Positions 53,739-63,800 of a stretch of DNA of 64,000 nucleotides are shown one piece after another. This stretch comes from a virus. The stretch covers positions 1,415 to 65,414 of IMG/VR virus record IMGVR_UViG_3300031520_000001; one strand, given 5' to 3'. The number at the start of each line of letters is the position of its first letter. Position 1 is the first letter of the stretch. The notes under the pieces are model-generated. The model was not told the origin of the DNA. It was given only the letters and a program-made list of their open reading frames with translations, and did no database searches. Position numbers and translations under genes: made by a program.

Positions 53739-53884
53739 GGTGATGTGCCTCCTGGTTTCTTGGATGTCGTGATAATGGGAAGGGTCTTTGGCGTTGAACG
53801 CCGACGCAAGGTGCTCTTGGTTCCGTAACGTGTCAATTGGTTCACAAAAGGAAAATTGTGCAGTTCAGACATACCGTTCCTTTC

Positions 53885-54271
53885 TTATGATGCATGCTCC
53901 GGAGAACTGCCTTTTTTCGGCAGTGTCCTGGTTGGCCTGGTTGCTTCATTCGCTGGTCGGTAGCGTTTGCTAGTGCTGCTTGTTCCGTCGCTGATCGTCA
54001 CCATTTCGCCATCCACTGTCACCACCAGACCTCGCAGCTTTAACGTTGCGATGATGGTCTCAATGACATGCTCATGGATGACGGTCTTTTTCTCCAGGTC
54101 TTCGATTTTTTTTTCAAGCAGATCAGTTCGTTCTTTCAATGCCTTGTTGGTCTCCTCTTGAAACTCTCTCAATTTGATTTGCTGTCCATTTCTGAAAGCA
54201 GACATGCCTCCGATGGTCAGGCAGACCGCAAGCACCGTTGACACGATCGGCATAAAATTGAGGATGTTCAT
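53885..54271 (-). CDS. membrane-anchored coiled-coil protein (lysis accessory?)
   Basis: N-terminal TM then heptad-rich region. Confidence 0.6.
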   Translation of the reverse strand: MNILNFMPIVSTVLAVCLTIGGMSAFRNGQQIKLREFQEETNKALKERTDLLEKKIEDLEKKTVIHEHVIETIIATLKLRGLVVTVDGEMVTISDGTSSTSKRYRPANEATRPTRTLPKKGSSPEHAS

Positions 54272-54726
54272 GCACTCTCCCGATGTGGCACGACCAACCT
54301 ACGCGCCGCATCCGCCGAGACGTGTGATGCATCCGCCGCATCCGCCGAGACGTGTGATGCATCCGCCGCATCCGCCGAGACGTGTGATGCATCCTCCGCT
54401 TTCCTGGCACTCTCCACAAGCGCGTTCCGCAATGTCGGTGTGCGAGGTGCGTCTCCATTGTGCTGTCTCGCCACATCTGCGAGCAGAGATGCCGCTGCCT
54501 CTGCTGCCTCTCGCACGCGCACAGCCGCTGCCTCTGCCGTCGCCGCGACAATCTGTGCTACCTCCGCTGCTTTGCGCGCCGCCTCCGTTGAGGTGAGGGC
54601 AGAGGCGATCAGGGCGTCGTCTTTTTTTTGCGCACGATGGCTCCCGTCGCGCCAGATGCGCCACAAGAGGAGCAGCACCAGGAACAGCCAAAAGAGATAC
54701 ACAGACGTTAAAATGGTTTGTTGCAT
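54268..54726 (-). CDS. membrane-anchored Ala-rich protein with tandem repeat
   Basis: TM LFWLFLVLLLLW, Ala-rich helix, (ASHVSADAAD)x3. Confidence 0.6.
   Translation of the reverse strand: MQQTILTSVYLFWLFLVLLLLWRIWRDGSHRAQKKDDALIASALTSTEAARKAAEVAQIVAATAEAAAVRVREAAEAAASLLADVARQHNGDAPRTPTLRNALVESARKAEDASHVSADAADASHVSADAADASHVSADAARRLVVPHRESA
54308..54394. repeat. 30-bp tandem repeat, about 3 copies
   Basis: Unit gcatccgccgagacgtgtgatgcatccgcc. Confidence 0.9.
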
Positions 54727-54740
54727 CGTTTTCCTACTTT

Positions 54741-57700
54741 CTACTTGGTCGGGTCGAAGTACGACGCCCAACCTTTGTTGTTGTAGCCTTCGTAATATTT
54801 CAAGTCGTAACGAGTCCTTCCAGGTTCGTAGTTCGTCTTGATTTCTGTCAGGAGCATCGCCACGTTGTTGAGGCCAAATTCAGGGATAGTGATGGATTGG
54901 AGCATCCCCACGTGCAGTCCGTGCCTCATGGTCGAGGATTGCCACTCACGCCCTAACACCGCATACTGGTCGATGCGAGCTTGTGCCAACTGTTGTGCTG
55001 CATCGGCTAAGAGTCCGTTTGGATACATCGTCGTCGCGTCCTCCACCTCTTCAATAATGCCTGTCGTGCCATCAATGAGTGCGAGTGCTTTTTGTTGTGC
55101 CTGGTCCTCTGCCATGACGGAGGCGAGTGTGAGTCCGGTGTACGTGACGACAAGCGTCTCAGCAGGCGTGTTGCCGTTTCGCGCAGCCAGTGGAGCGACG
55201 TTCGGATTTTGCACAAGGTCCGATTGCTGCGGTGTGTAGTAGAAGTCCTTGCCGATATCCACGCCCTGGATGCCGATACTGACCGGATTGCCGTTGCGCG
55301 TGATCGTGATACTGGACGTTGGCCCTGCAATCGGATAGGACATTTTCCAACTTTGCGTCTTGCCATCACCTGTCTTTTGCTCGATGAGAGGTGCGGGTGT
55401 CGGTGCCAATACATTGGTAATCCATTGCCGATTGCGGTACTTGTCGCTCTGTTTGGTCAGCTTCGGGCGTGGCGTGAGCAAGATATCTCCGATTTGTTGT
55501 CCTCCATAGAATTGTGTTTTGTCGGAGCTATCGAGTACCCACGGTGCGGGAATACCAGCCCTGTTTTGAAAGAGCAATCGCCCATTCTTAATCGCCCACC
55601 AGTAATTCGATTTCTTCGCAAGGTCATCGAGGCATCGGTCAATCTTGCTGGAAAAGCTGTAGGACGTGCTCGGAATGAGTGCGCCACTCTGAATATCACT
55701 ATTGCGTACCGAGACGGTGAGATCGCTCACTTGTGGCGTCAGTGTCGCGACCGTTGAGGCAAGGCGTATCCGCGTGAGGACAGACTTCCCAAGCATTGAG
55801 TCCCCTTGATTGACGCCTGGAATACTTGCGCCATTGCTTTGCGTCACCTCGACCCACGACGCGCCCCCATTGAGCGAGACATCAACACCCACGCTCGTCC
55901 CAGCCGAGGCCACCTGTACCCATGAGAGAGAGGACGAACCTGCTACGCCCACCGTGTCTAACTGTGTCGCTGGTGAGATGCGTACTCCTGATGCGTTCAA
56001 CTGTGAGGCTATGAGTAGCGTCACGCCATGTACCGTTGGCGTGAGGTAGCTCGTCAAGTCGCGTCCTACAAGCGTATTGGCTGATGCGTTGCCGGATGAG
56101 ATCGTAGTACGGATGTACAGTGTATTGGCTGGATTCGCCGCACCACTGGTCAGTCCAGGTACAGGACCACCATTGGTGCAGCTTTGCCAGTTCGATGTGC
56201 CATTCAGCGAGACCGCGACATCGACATTCCCTCCTTGTGGTACGTCAGCATCCCACTGGACAACCGACCCGCCAAGAGTGTTGATCCCGTTCAGAGAGAC
56301 CGGATTACTGATATGTGTCCCAGACAGCGACTGCACCACGCCAAAGTTGCCGAAAAATCCGCTATACGCGACGCCAGGGTCATTATTGAGAAAGCGCAAG
56401 CCGAACCCGCCGCTCTGCACAAAGGTCGAATCCGTCGCATTGATGTAGAGCGTTCCATCGACGTAGATACGGTGATTACTGCCTGATGCGATGACCGTTA
56501 AACGGAACGCCGTGCCTTTGGAGAGGTCGATTGGCGCGGTCGTGATTTGCGTGTAGACGCCGGAACTACTTCCACGTCCAAAGAGCACTTGCGTTGGCGT
56601 GAGATCGACATTGTAGCCATGATAGTTGTTGGCGTTCTGCCAGTTCGTGGTCCTGTACACAAAACTTGCGTTGCCATGTGGCGAGACCGTTACGTCGAGT
56701 TCTACGATAAAATCCTGCCAATTCCCCGCGAAGTCGAGGCGTGAACGCCCTTCTTTGCCCCCTGGTGCAACCGTCACGACGGCCTGACGCATGACGGTTG
56801 CTTGTGAGCCAGTGCCGAAAAAGGTTTGATTGTTGGTACTGCCATCATGCCAGTCACGCCATGCCCCATTGAGTGAGATATCGCCATTGGTGGCGAGGAG
56901 TGCGGTATTCGTGCCACCACTCCAATCTGACTGTGTGGTGTCCGTTTTGAGCACATCCGTCTTTGTGCAGGCATAGGACGGTGTGACGCTCCACGACAAC
57001 GCGTACAGATTGGGCGTGAGTTCAGGCGAGACACCTGTGAGCGTCATTCTCTGTCGCGTCAGGATGGTAATATTCCTCGCATTGGCTCCTACGAGCAGCG
57101 AAGGGATTGGCTTGCCGCTTGTCGCCGCTTGCCACGTCGCGCCATTGTCAATGCTGGTCTCAACCACAAGCGCGGTATCCTTTGGCTGTGTGGCGTCAGT
57201 CGTCCAGGCGATCATGCTACTCTGCACGACGCCCGCGCCCGCTATGCCATTTGCGGACGATACACGCATACCGCTCTTTTCGTAGGCGGTGACTTGTGTC
57301 AGGCTGACCTGGCTGTAGCCAATGTTGGACAAGAGTTGATTGGCTGCTAACTGATAATCAAAAAATGCTTGTTTGATACCACCACCATTGTTGACCAAAT
57401 GGATGGCGCGAAAGTACGACGTGTAGGTCCCTGAGTTGTCGCCTTCAAAGGCTATCGAGATGGTGCCAAGTGCCTTGCCTGCAAGTGGCGTCAGGTCGAT
57501 GGAGCGAAAGTACCACTGATCGTTGGCATAGCCTGACAGATCGGTACCTGGATGCGATGCTAAGTGGTTCTGGTCGAGTAAGTACCGATTTTGATAATCG
57601 CGCAAGGTCGTCCCGTCGGTGCAGATACCATCGACAGAGGAAAACATCTGTGGTGATGAACTGCTGATCCACACGCCATATTGGAGCGAGTCCCCCGGCG

Positions 57701-60125
57701 CGATGGAGACATTGCCGCTCCATATCTTGAAATACGCATAGTTGTTGCCTGTCTGATTGACCGCCTGACTTGACACGCCTTGCGAGGCCGTACCGACAAT
57801 CTTAATCGCTTGCGTTTGAGCCAGTTGGAGCGCAGTAGCAGTCACGCCACAAGTGATGAGCGAACCGCTTTGGAAGTTTTCATTCAGGCTATAGGCTGTC
57901 CCTGATGGAGCCAGTTCTATATCGTTATTGGCGACGGTATTGGTCAATGTCCCTTGCGAGAATGTTGCGGTAGAGTTGTCATGGCGAATGGCATAGGACG
58001 CACTGACGCCCTCCGGCGTGAGATACCCTTGCATCAAGTCCGCAACGATATCCCCTGCGAGCCGTGGAGAAGTGTAATCCTTGCCCGTGTAGAGCCGCTT
58101 GGCCGCGAGATAGCGTTCGTCCTTGCACTTGACGATAAATTCTTTATGCGGATTGGGGTACAACCTCGGCTCCATCTCCACTGTCGCGATGGAGCCTTTG
58201 AATTTCACGCCTTCCACCGAATCATTCACAATCACCTGGGCATTTTGAGCAATACTGAGGGTGGCAGTAGCATCAAGCACGGTAAATTCTGCGGTGCTCA
58301 CTTCGTCAATCTTGTTGGTGACGATAAGCGGCCATTCCACCGTTACAGGTTGTTCCGCGATAAGCACGGTCTGCGTTGCCCCTTGCGCGGGCGTCTGCAT
58401 CACGAGCGTCACATTCAGTGTGACGACTTCACTTCCAAGCAAGAACGAGACCAACGCGCTATAGCTGCCACTTGCAAGATTTGCCGTATTGGTGAGTGTG
58501 AGCGTCACCACCTGTGTGCTTGTCCCCGGAAGAGTGCCACTTGCTGGTGAGAGTGCAAGCCACCCTGAGCCAATCCCGTTATACACGATGCTACTTGTCC
58601 ATGCGCCCGCTTCATTGCCTGGATTGGTCAATGTGACTGAGCGCGTACCTGGTGTATTTGCGCCAACGACGCCATTGAAAGTCACGCTTGAGGGCGCGAT
58701 GTCGATATCTGCGGACGTAGGTGTGCCAATCGTGAGCGAGACAGGCACGGTGACGCTATTGGCTCCCGCTATGGAAAATGTCACACTCGCGTTGTACGTC
58801 CCCGGCGCGAGTCCCGCATCATTGGCATAGACGGTCACGGTGGTAGACGCACCCGCTGCGAGGACGCCACTCAGAGAAGAGAGAGACAGCCACGTCGCGC
58901 CACTACTGATGGTTGCGTTCCAGTTGCCTTGCGCCCCGCCTGTGTTGGTGAGCATGACGGTTTGCGGCGCGCTACTGGACGCAACGACGGTTAAGGTAAC
59001 AGGCACTTGCACGGTATTGGCATTGCTCATGGTAAAGGTCAGGGTCGCATTGTAGGTCCCTGGCCCTAGCGCATCGCTATTCGTTGAAATCGCAACGCTT
59101 GTGGAATCGCCTGCTACTAAGGTGCCTTGTGATGGTGAAGTAAGCAGCCATGAGGCATTGCTGGTGACGCTCCACGTCCCTGTGTCAGTGCCAGTATTCG
59201 TGAGCGCGACCTGTTGACCTGTGCTCGTGGTGGTGCTCGTACTTGCTTGTGCAGTGGTCTCAGCCGAGAGACGTGAAAGCGCATTGCTACTCCTGGTGGT
59301 GCCACTTCCGCTTATCGTCGTCTCAGCACTTGGTGCAAGCGCGTTGGTAGACGCCACATTCGCGTTTTGTGTTGCGACAGTAGACGTGATAGGTGTTGCA
59401 CTCTCAGTTGAGGACGTAGTGCCACTTCCAAGCGCACTTGTAACGGTTTGTGGTGTCGCACTCTCGGTAGACATGGTAGTCCCACTACCTACAGCCGTGG
59501 TTTGGGTCGCAAGGGTGGTCAGTTGGTTGATGGGTGACTCATCCACGGCATAAAAGCTATCATATTTTGCCACGTCCGTAGACGTAACGGTATTGACGCA
59601 GACGCCCACGTTTCCAGCCGAAGTGATGCTCGTGTCAGAGGTGGTGAGTGTCCACGTGCTTGGTTCGGACGTTCCATCGGCCCACACTTTACCGAGCAGT
59701 GTGGAACCAATCCCCCTGAATCGCACCCAATAAAAGGTGTTGATGGACGCGGTGAAAGCCATCGACACGAGCACCGTGCTCGTTCCTGCAATCGTTTTGA
59801 GAAGCGCAAAGCCTTGTGAGGGTACGTTGATGTTGATGCGTGCGCGATAGCAGGTATTCGTTGCGGTTTGTCTGCCATAGACACCCAAGACGGTATAGTT
59901 GGTTGAGGACCCACTGACGCGCACTTTGACATCAAAATCAACGCTCGTGGCATTGCCTAAGCGGAGAAACGTCAGCGCAGTGACGCCTGTCACCTGTCCT
60001 TCATTGGACACAATTGACAACGAGGCCGCGCCGCTATCGATGGTCCACGAGTTCCCATCGGTAGCGGGATTCCATGAGCTTGCGTTATTCGTTTGTAGGA
60101 AATCAGCGCGGCCTAATTGTGTCAT
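54741..60125 (-). CDS. large tail tip / host-specificity protein (hub domain with lectin-like and BACON-like domains)
   Basis: 1794 aa S/T/G-rich; three SW...S..SG.L..G BACON-like repeats; ConA-like segments; hub-type C-terminus (LDDLAK...WW.IK...YRNRQ). Confidence 0.8.
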   Translation of the reverse strand: MTQLGRADFLQTNNASSWNPATDGNSWTIDSGAASLSIVSNEGQVTGVTALTFLRLGNATSVDFDVKVRVSGSSTNYTVLGVYGRQTATNTCYRARININVPSQGFALLKTIAGTSTVLVSMAFTASINTFYWVRFRGIGSTLLGKVWADGTSEPSTWTLTTSDTSITSAGNVGVCVNTVTSTDVAKYDSFYAVDESPINQLTTLATQTTAVGSGTTMSTESATPQTVTSALGSGTTSSTESATPITSTVATQNANVASTNALAPSAETTISGSGTTRSSNALSRLSAETTAQASTSTTTSTGQQVALTNTGTDTGTWSVTSNASWLLTSPSQGTLVAGDSTSVAISTNSDALGPGTYNATLTFTMSNANTVQVPVTLTVVASSSAPQTVMLTNTGGAQGNWNATISSGATWLSLSSLSGVLAAGASTTVTVYANDAGLAPGTYNASVTFSIAGANSVTVPVSLTIGTPTSADIDIAPSSVTFNGVVGANTPGTRSVTLTNPGNEAGAWTSSIVYNGIGSGWLALSPASGTLPGTSTQVVTLTLTNTANLASGSYSALVSFLLGSEVVTLNVTLVMQTPAQGATQTVLIAEQPVTVEWPLIVTNKIDEVSTAEFTVLDATATLSIAQNAQVIVNDSVEGVKFKGSIATVEMEPRLYPNPHKEFIVKCKDERYLAAKRLYTGKDYTSPRLAGDIVADLMQGYLTPEGVSASYAIRHDNSTATFSQGTLTNTVANNDIELAPSGTAYSLNENFQSGSLITCGVTATALQLAQTQAIKIVGTASQGVSSQAVNQTGNNYAYFKIWSGNVSIAPGDSLQYGVWISSSSPQMFSSVDGICTDGTTLRDYQNRYLLDQNHLASHPGTDLSGYANDQWYFRSIDLTPLAGKALGTISIAFEGDNSGTYTSYFRAIHLVNNGGGIKQAFFDYQLAANQLLSNIGYSQVSLTQVTAYEKSGMRVSSANGIAGAGVVQSSMIAWTTDATQPKDTALVVETSIDNGATWQAATSGKPIPSLLVGANARNITILTRQRMTLTGVSPELTPNLYALSWSVTPSYACTKTDVLKTDTTQSDWSGGTNTALLATNGDISLNGAWRDWHDGSTNNQTFFGTGSQATVMRQAVVTVAPGGKEGRSRLDFAGNWQDFIVELDVTVSPHGNASFVYRTTNWQNANNYHGYNVDLTPTQVLFGRGSSSGVYTQITTAPIDLSKGTAFRLTVIASGSNHRIYVDGTLYINATDSTFVQSGGFGLRFLNNDPGVAYSGFFGNFGVVQSLSGTHISNPVSLNGINTLGGSVVQWDADVPQGGNVDVAVSLNGTSNWQSCTNGGPVPGLTSGAANPANTLYIRTTISSGNASANTLVGRDLTSYLTPTVHGVTLLIASQLNASGVRISPATQLDTVGVAGSSSLSWVQVASAGTSVGVDVSLNGGASWVEVTQSNGASIPGVNQGDSMLGKSVLTRIRLASTVATLTPQVSDLTVSVRNSDIQSGALIPSTSYSFSSKIDRCLDDLAKKSNYWWAIKNGRLLFQNRAGIPAPWVLDSSDKTQFYGGQQIGDILLTPRPKLTKQSDKYRNRQWITNVLAPTPAPLIEQKTGDGKTQSWKMSYPIAGPTSSITITRNGNPVSIGIQGVDIGKDFYYTPQQSDLVQNPNVAPLAARNGNTPAETLVVTYTGLTLASVMAEDQAQQKALALIDGTTGIIEEVEDATTMYPNGLLADAAQQLAQARIDQYAVLGREWQSSTMRHGLHVGMLQSITIPEFGLNNVAMLLTEIKTNYEPGRTRYDLKYYEGYNNKGWASYFDPTK

Positions 60126-60138
60126 GGTGCCTCAATGC

Positions 60139-60795
60139 CTAGAATTTTATTGTAGAGGTAAATGTTTGGTCCTGAATATTGCCAGTCGTATTGCTCAAAA
60201 CCGCTTGTGGAATGTAGTCGCACACGGCCACATTGCCCGATGTTCCCCACGTTTGGGATTTGATGACACGCACAACGGTAATCGTGCCAGGATTGGACGT
60301 GGCACCTGGAAATTTCTTGGTAATAGTCACAGTGCGGTTGCCGATACCTGATCCAGTAATCGCGCTAAAGTCACCAGCCGCAAGCGCGAGATACTGCACA
60401 TTGGCAGGTGCCGCGAGTGGATTGTCTGTGACAGGTGCGACAGGCACGACGGTTTTACCAACGGCATGTGAGTAGGCTGGAGTCCAGACACCACCACCAA
60501 TGGCCGTGACAGGAAGTGAGGTCGCGCCTTGCGCACATCCAGTGGTCACGAGTGTTTCTTGTTGCCCTGTTTGTAGTGGGGGTGCGCCCGAACCGTTGAA
60601 GTCCAGGTAGATTTGCCCGGGTGCTATCGCTTGTGCTGGTCCTACAATGCCGAGTGCGCCGCCCGATGGTGCGGTCCCCGCGACAATTGCAGTTGCAAGC
60701 GTGGTCGAACCAGCTTCGCCACTGATTGCCATGATGGCATAATTGGCCTGGAGATATGCAAGCATTGCCTGGGCTGCCGAATCAGTAATTGCCAT
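60139..60795 (-). CDS. minor tail protein
   Basis: 218 aa beta-rich ORF between two large tail genes. Confidence 0.6.
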   Translation of the reverse strand: MAITDSAAQAMLAYLQANYAIMAISGEAGSTTLATAIVAGTAPSGGALGIVGPAQAIAPGQIYLDFNGSGAPPLQTGQQETLVTTGCAQGATSLPVTAIGGGVWTPAYSHAVGKTVVPVAPVTDNPLAAPANVQYLALAAGDFSAITGSGIGNRTVTITKKFPGATSNPGTITVVRVIKSQTWGTSGNVAVCDYIPQAVLSNTTGNIQDQTFTSTIKF

Positions 60796-60815
60796 GTAAT
60801 GTATGCCTTTCGAGA

Positions 60816-63800
60816 TTAACGGGTTACCGTAAAGTTGAGAGATGGTGGAGACACACTGAGAAATGCGTTTGATGCTGCGGTGACGACGAGTGTGACTGCG
60901 AGATTTGCAGTGGACGCGCCCATCGCGAAAATGACTGATGCGCTATAGGTGCCAGGTGCGAGTCCCGCCGGATTACAGGAGAGCGCGACTTGTTGCGACG
61001 CGCCTGCGGCTAAGGTGCCTGATGTCGTCCCAAGAGAGAGCCACCCTGAGCCTTGCGCATAGCTAATGGTTTCCGTCCACGTACCACTTGCCGCGCCACT
61101 ATTGGTCAGTGTGGTGCTTTGTGCCGATGTGACCGCACCGCCTTGTACTGCGCTAAAGGGAAGCGCAGTGGACGAACTGACGATGGTTGGAGTGCCACCA
61201 CTGACATTGAGCGGAGTCGCGCTGAAGTGGTCTACCTGGATGCCTGTACTGCCACTTGCGGTCTGGGCAAGCACTGCATAGCCCCCCGCCGTTTGTATGC
61301 TCGTGTCAGCAGTGGTGATCATCCAAGATGTGGGTTCCGCACTTCCATCGGCATAGACATTGCCATACAAGGTGCTCCCCTGAATTTTTAAGTGGAATTG
61401 ATAGAATGTTCCAGGAGTGAGCGTGATATTGGCAAGTGAAACCAACTGTGTAGTGACGCCTGCAATGGCTTTGTTGAGATTGATCGTGCCTGTGTAGTAC
61501 ACCAACTTATAACAGGTAGGAGTGCCTCCACTGACGCTATAGCGGCCTTCGACGCCACAAAAGTCACCTGCCGCGCCAAGAGCGAGCCGTCCACGAATAT
61601 CTCCGTCAAGAAAGGTATTCGCGCCAAGTTGCACATTCGTATCAGCAGCAGTTGAGACGATCACGCCTTCATTGCTCACAATCGAGAGTGTTCCAGGTCC
61701 CGTTGCGTTCCAGGTCTCACCATTCGAGGCCGTGCCGAATCCACTCTGATTGGCGCGAATGAACGTATCTGTACTACTTGTGCTACTCGTGCCACCACTG
61801 GACGCCGTGCTGAATCCAGGCGTGACGATGGATGCATTCACGTCGCCTGTGTTATTGGTGATATCTTGGCTCAGACGATTGAGGCGAATATCCTGTAGAG
61901 CACTGTTATTGGCGTTGCCGTCACTGTGGACATTGACCCAGATGTCGAGATACAGTTTGTCTCCAACTGCGAACGGCGTCGCTTGCGTGGTCGCGACACT
62001 GGGCAGTTGGAACGTGGTAAACGCCATTGGAATGGTCTGATTGAGCGAGGAGAGCGTCACGATTGCCATATAGACGCCACTGCTAGAGCGTTTGAAGGCA
62101 CGGACGTAGAGATCGCCTGTGATACTTCCGGCTTGCGGTGCGGCGTCTCCCCCTTGCGCACAGTTGAGCCGGATTTGTGCGCTCCAATTCCCCGCTTGCA
62201 GTTGATTATTTTCCAGAGCTACCGATTCATACAAGAAACCACTGCCTGACGGTGCGCCCAGTCCTGAGAAAGCTTCCCACGCATTGGTTTCTGTCTGCGA
62301 CGCAATTTCCCCATACCCTGTACTCGTGCCAAGCCGACTATACGCCCACGTGTTCGGCGGTGTGCCTTGTACGGTATAGAGTTGGTTCGCGGTGGCAAGT
62401 GTGGTGTCAGTCGCCGCCGCGAAAAACACGGAGAGTGGCGTGGTTGAAGGAGAGCCACCTCCTGTCGAGACCACGCCAATATCTTTGAGTGTCTCTTGCC
62501 AGACGGTGTTCGTTGGTGCAACCACATAGGGCGAGGTACCGGATTGATCGGTGATGTACACCAGTCCCACATTGGCGTTTTTGAGCGAGGACATGACAGT
62601 ATCGACTTGCGCGGACGTGGCGACACTCTGCACCGTTGCTGAGAATTTGGACGAGGGATAATTCTGCATGTAGGGCTGTGTCACGATACTTCCACCGTAC
62701 ACGCCTTCGTAAATGCACACCGTATCAAGGATGGGCATGTACGATTCGGGTGGCACCTGCGCGGGATTGAGTGAGACGTAGTTGCGCACAGTGTCTTTTG
62801 CTTTGATGTACTGGTACAGCGTCTGGTAGTACGTAAAGTTCGCGCTCGTGGGCAACACTGCGTCGAGATGAATACCATCGACATTGTAGAAGCTGTACCA
62901 TGCGTCAATTTGCGACTTCACGGTTGCGCTTGCTATCAGTACGCCACTGGTTGAGGTGTTCACGTAGCCAAGCACCTTGATACCGCTTGTATGCATCCCC
63001 AGAATGCCAGTCACGTAATCAGCATTTTGCGTACTGCCTGGTCCGCTATTGGGGTTCGCGATCACAAACGACACGGCGGTGCCAGCTTGCTCGAATTGCG
63101 CCCACATCGCGTTCGTGGTGCCTGCTGTCACAGGAGGCGCGTAGACCGGACCATAGAGATGCTGTACCGCGTTGGACCCGCCTGTAATCGTCAGCGTGAC
63201 GCTAATAGTGGCGACACTGCCATTGACCGTGACGGCGATGTTGGCGGTATACGTTCCGGCTGGCATCCCGTTTTGTGGCCCACACCCGATACTGAGCACT
63301 GTTGAAGCGTTTCCACCAAGTGTATTCGCGCCTGAGATGACCACCCAGTTGAGATTAGAGTACGCACTGTACGTGACAGGTGTTGCGATGGTGCCACCTG
63401 TGTTACCTGTATTGGTAATCGTGACGTTTTGTGTTTGGCCTGTGCCATTGACCACACCGCTATACGAGAGTGACGAAGGTGAGGCTGAGATCGTACTGGT
63501 AGACGGTGGTGGTGTGCTCCCGCCGGACCCAACGGGATACTTTTTCGTTTCTGTGGCAAAGGCGCGATATTGTCCAGTACTAGACGTGGCACCCCCTGGA
63601 TTGGCGAGAAAGTAGTCCACCTCAAAGTGATTCGCCATGTCGATGCCATTGGCGACAAAGCCCTCGATGGCATCAATGGCGAAGGTGTTGTTAAAGCTGT
63701 CATTGGCGGGATTGTTGCTATTGTAGCCTTGTCCGCCACTCCCGCCACCAGGAGGATTATTGTAATAGGCGTCTGCGTTCCACTCGGTGAGGCAATGTGG

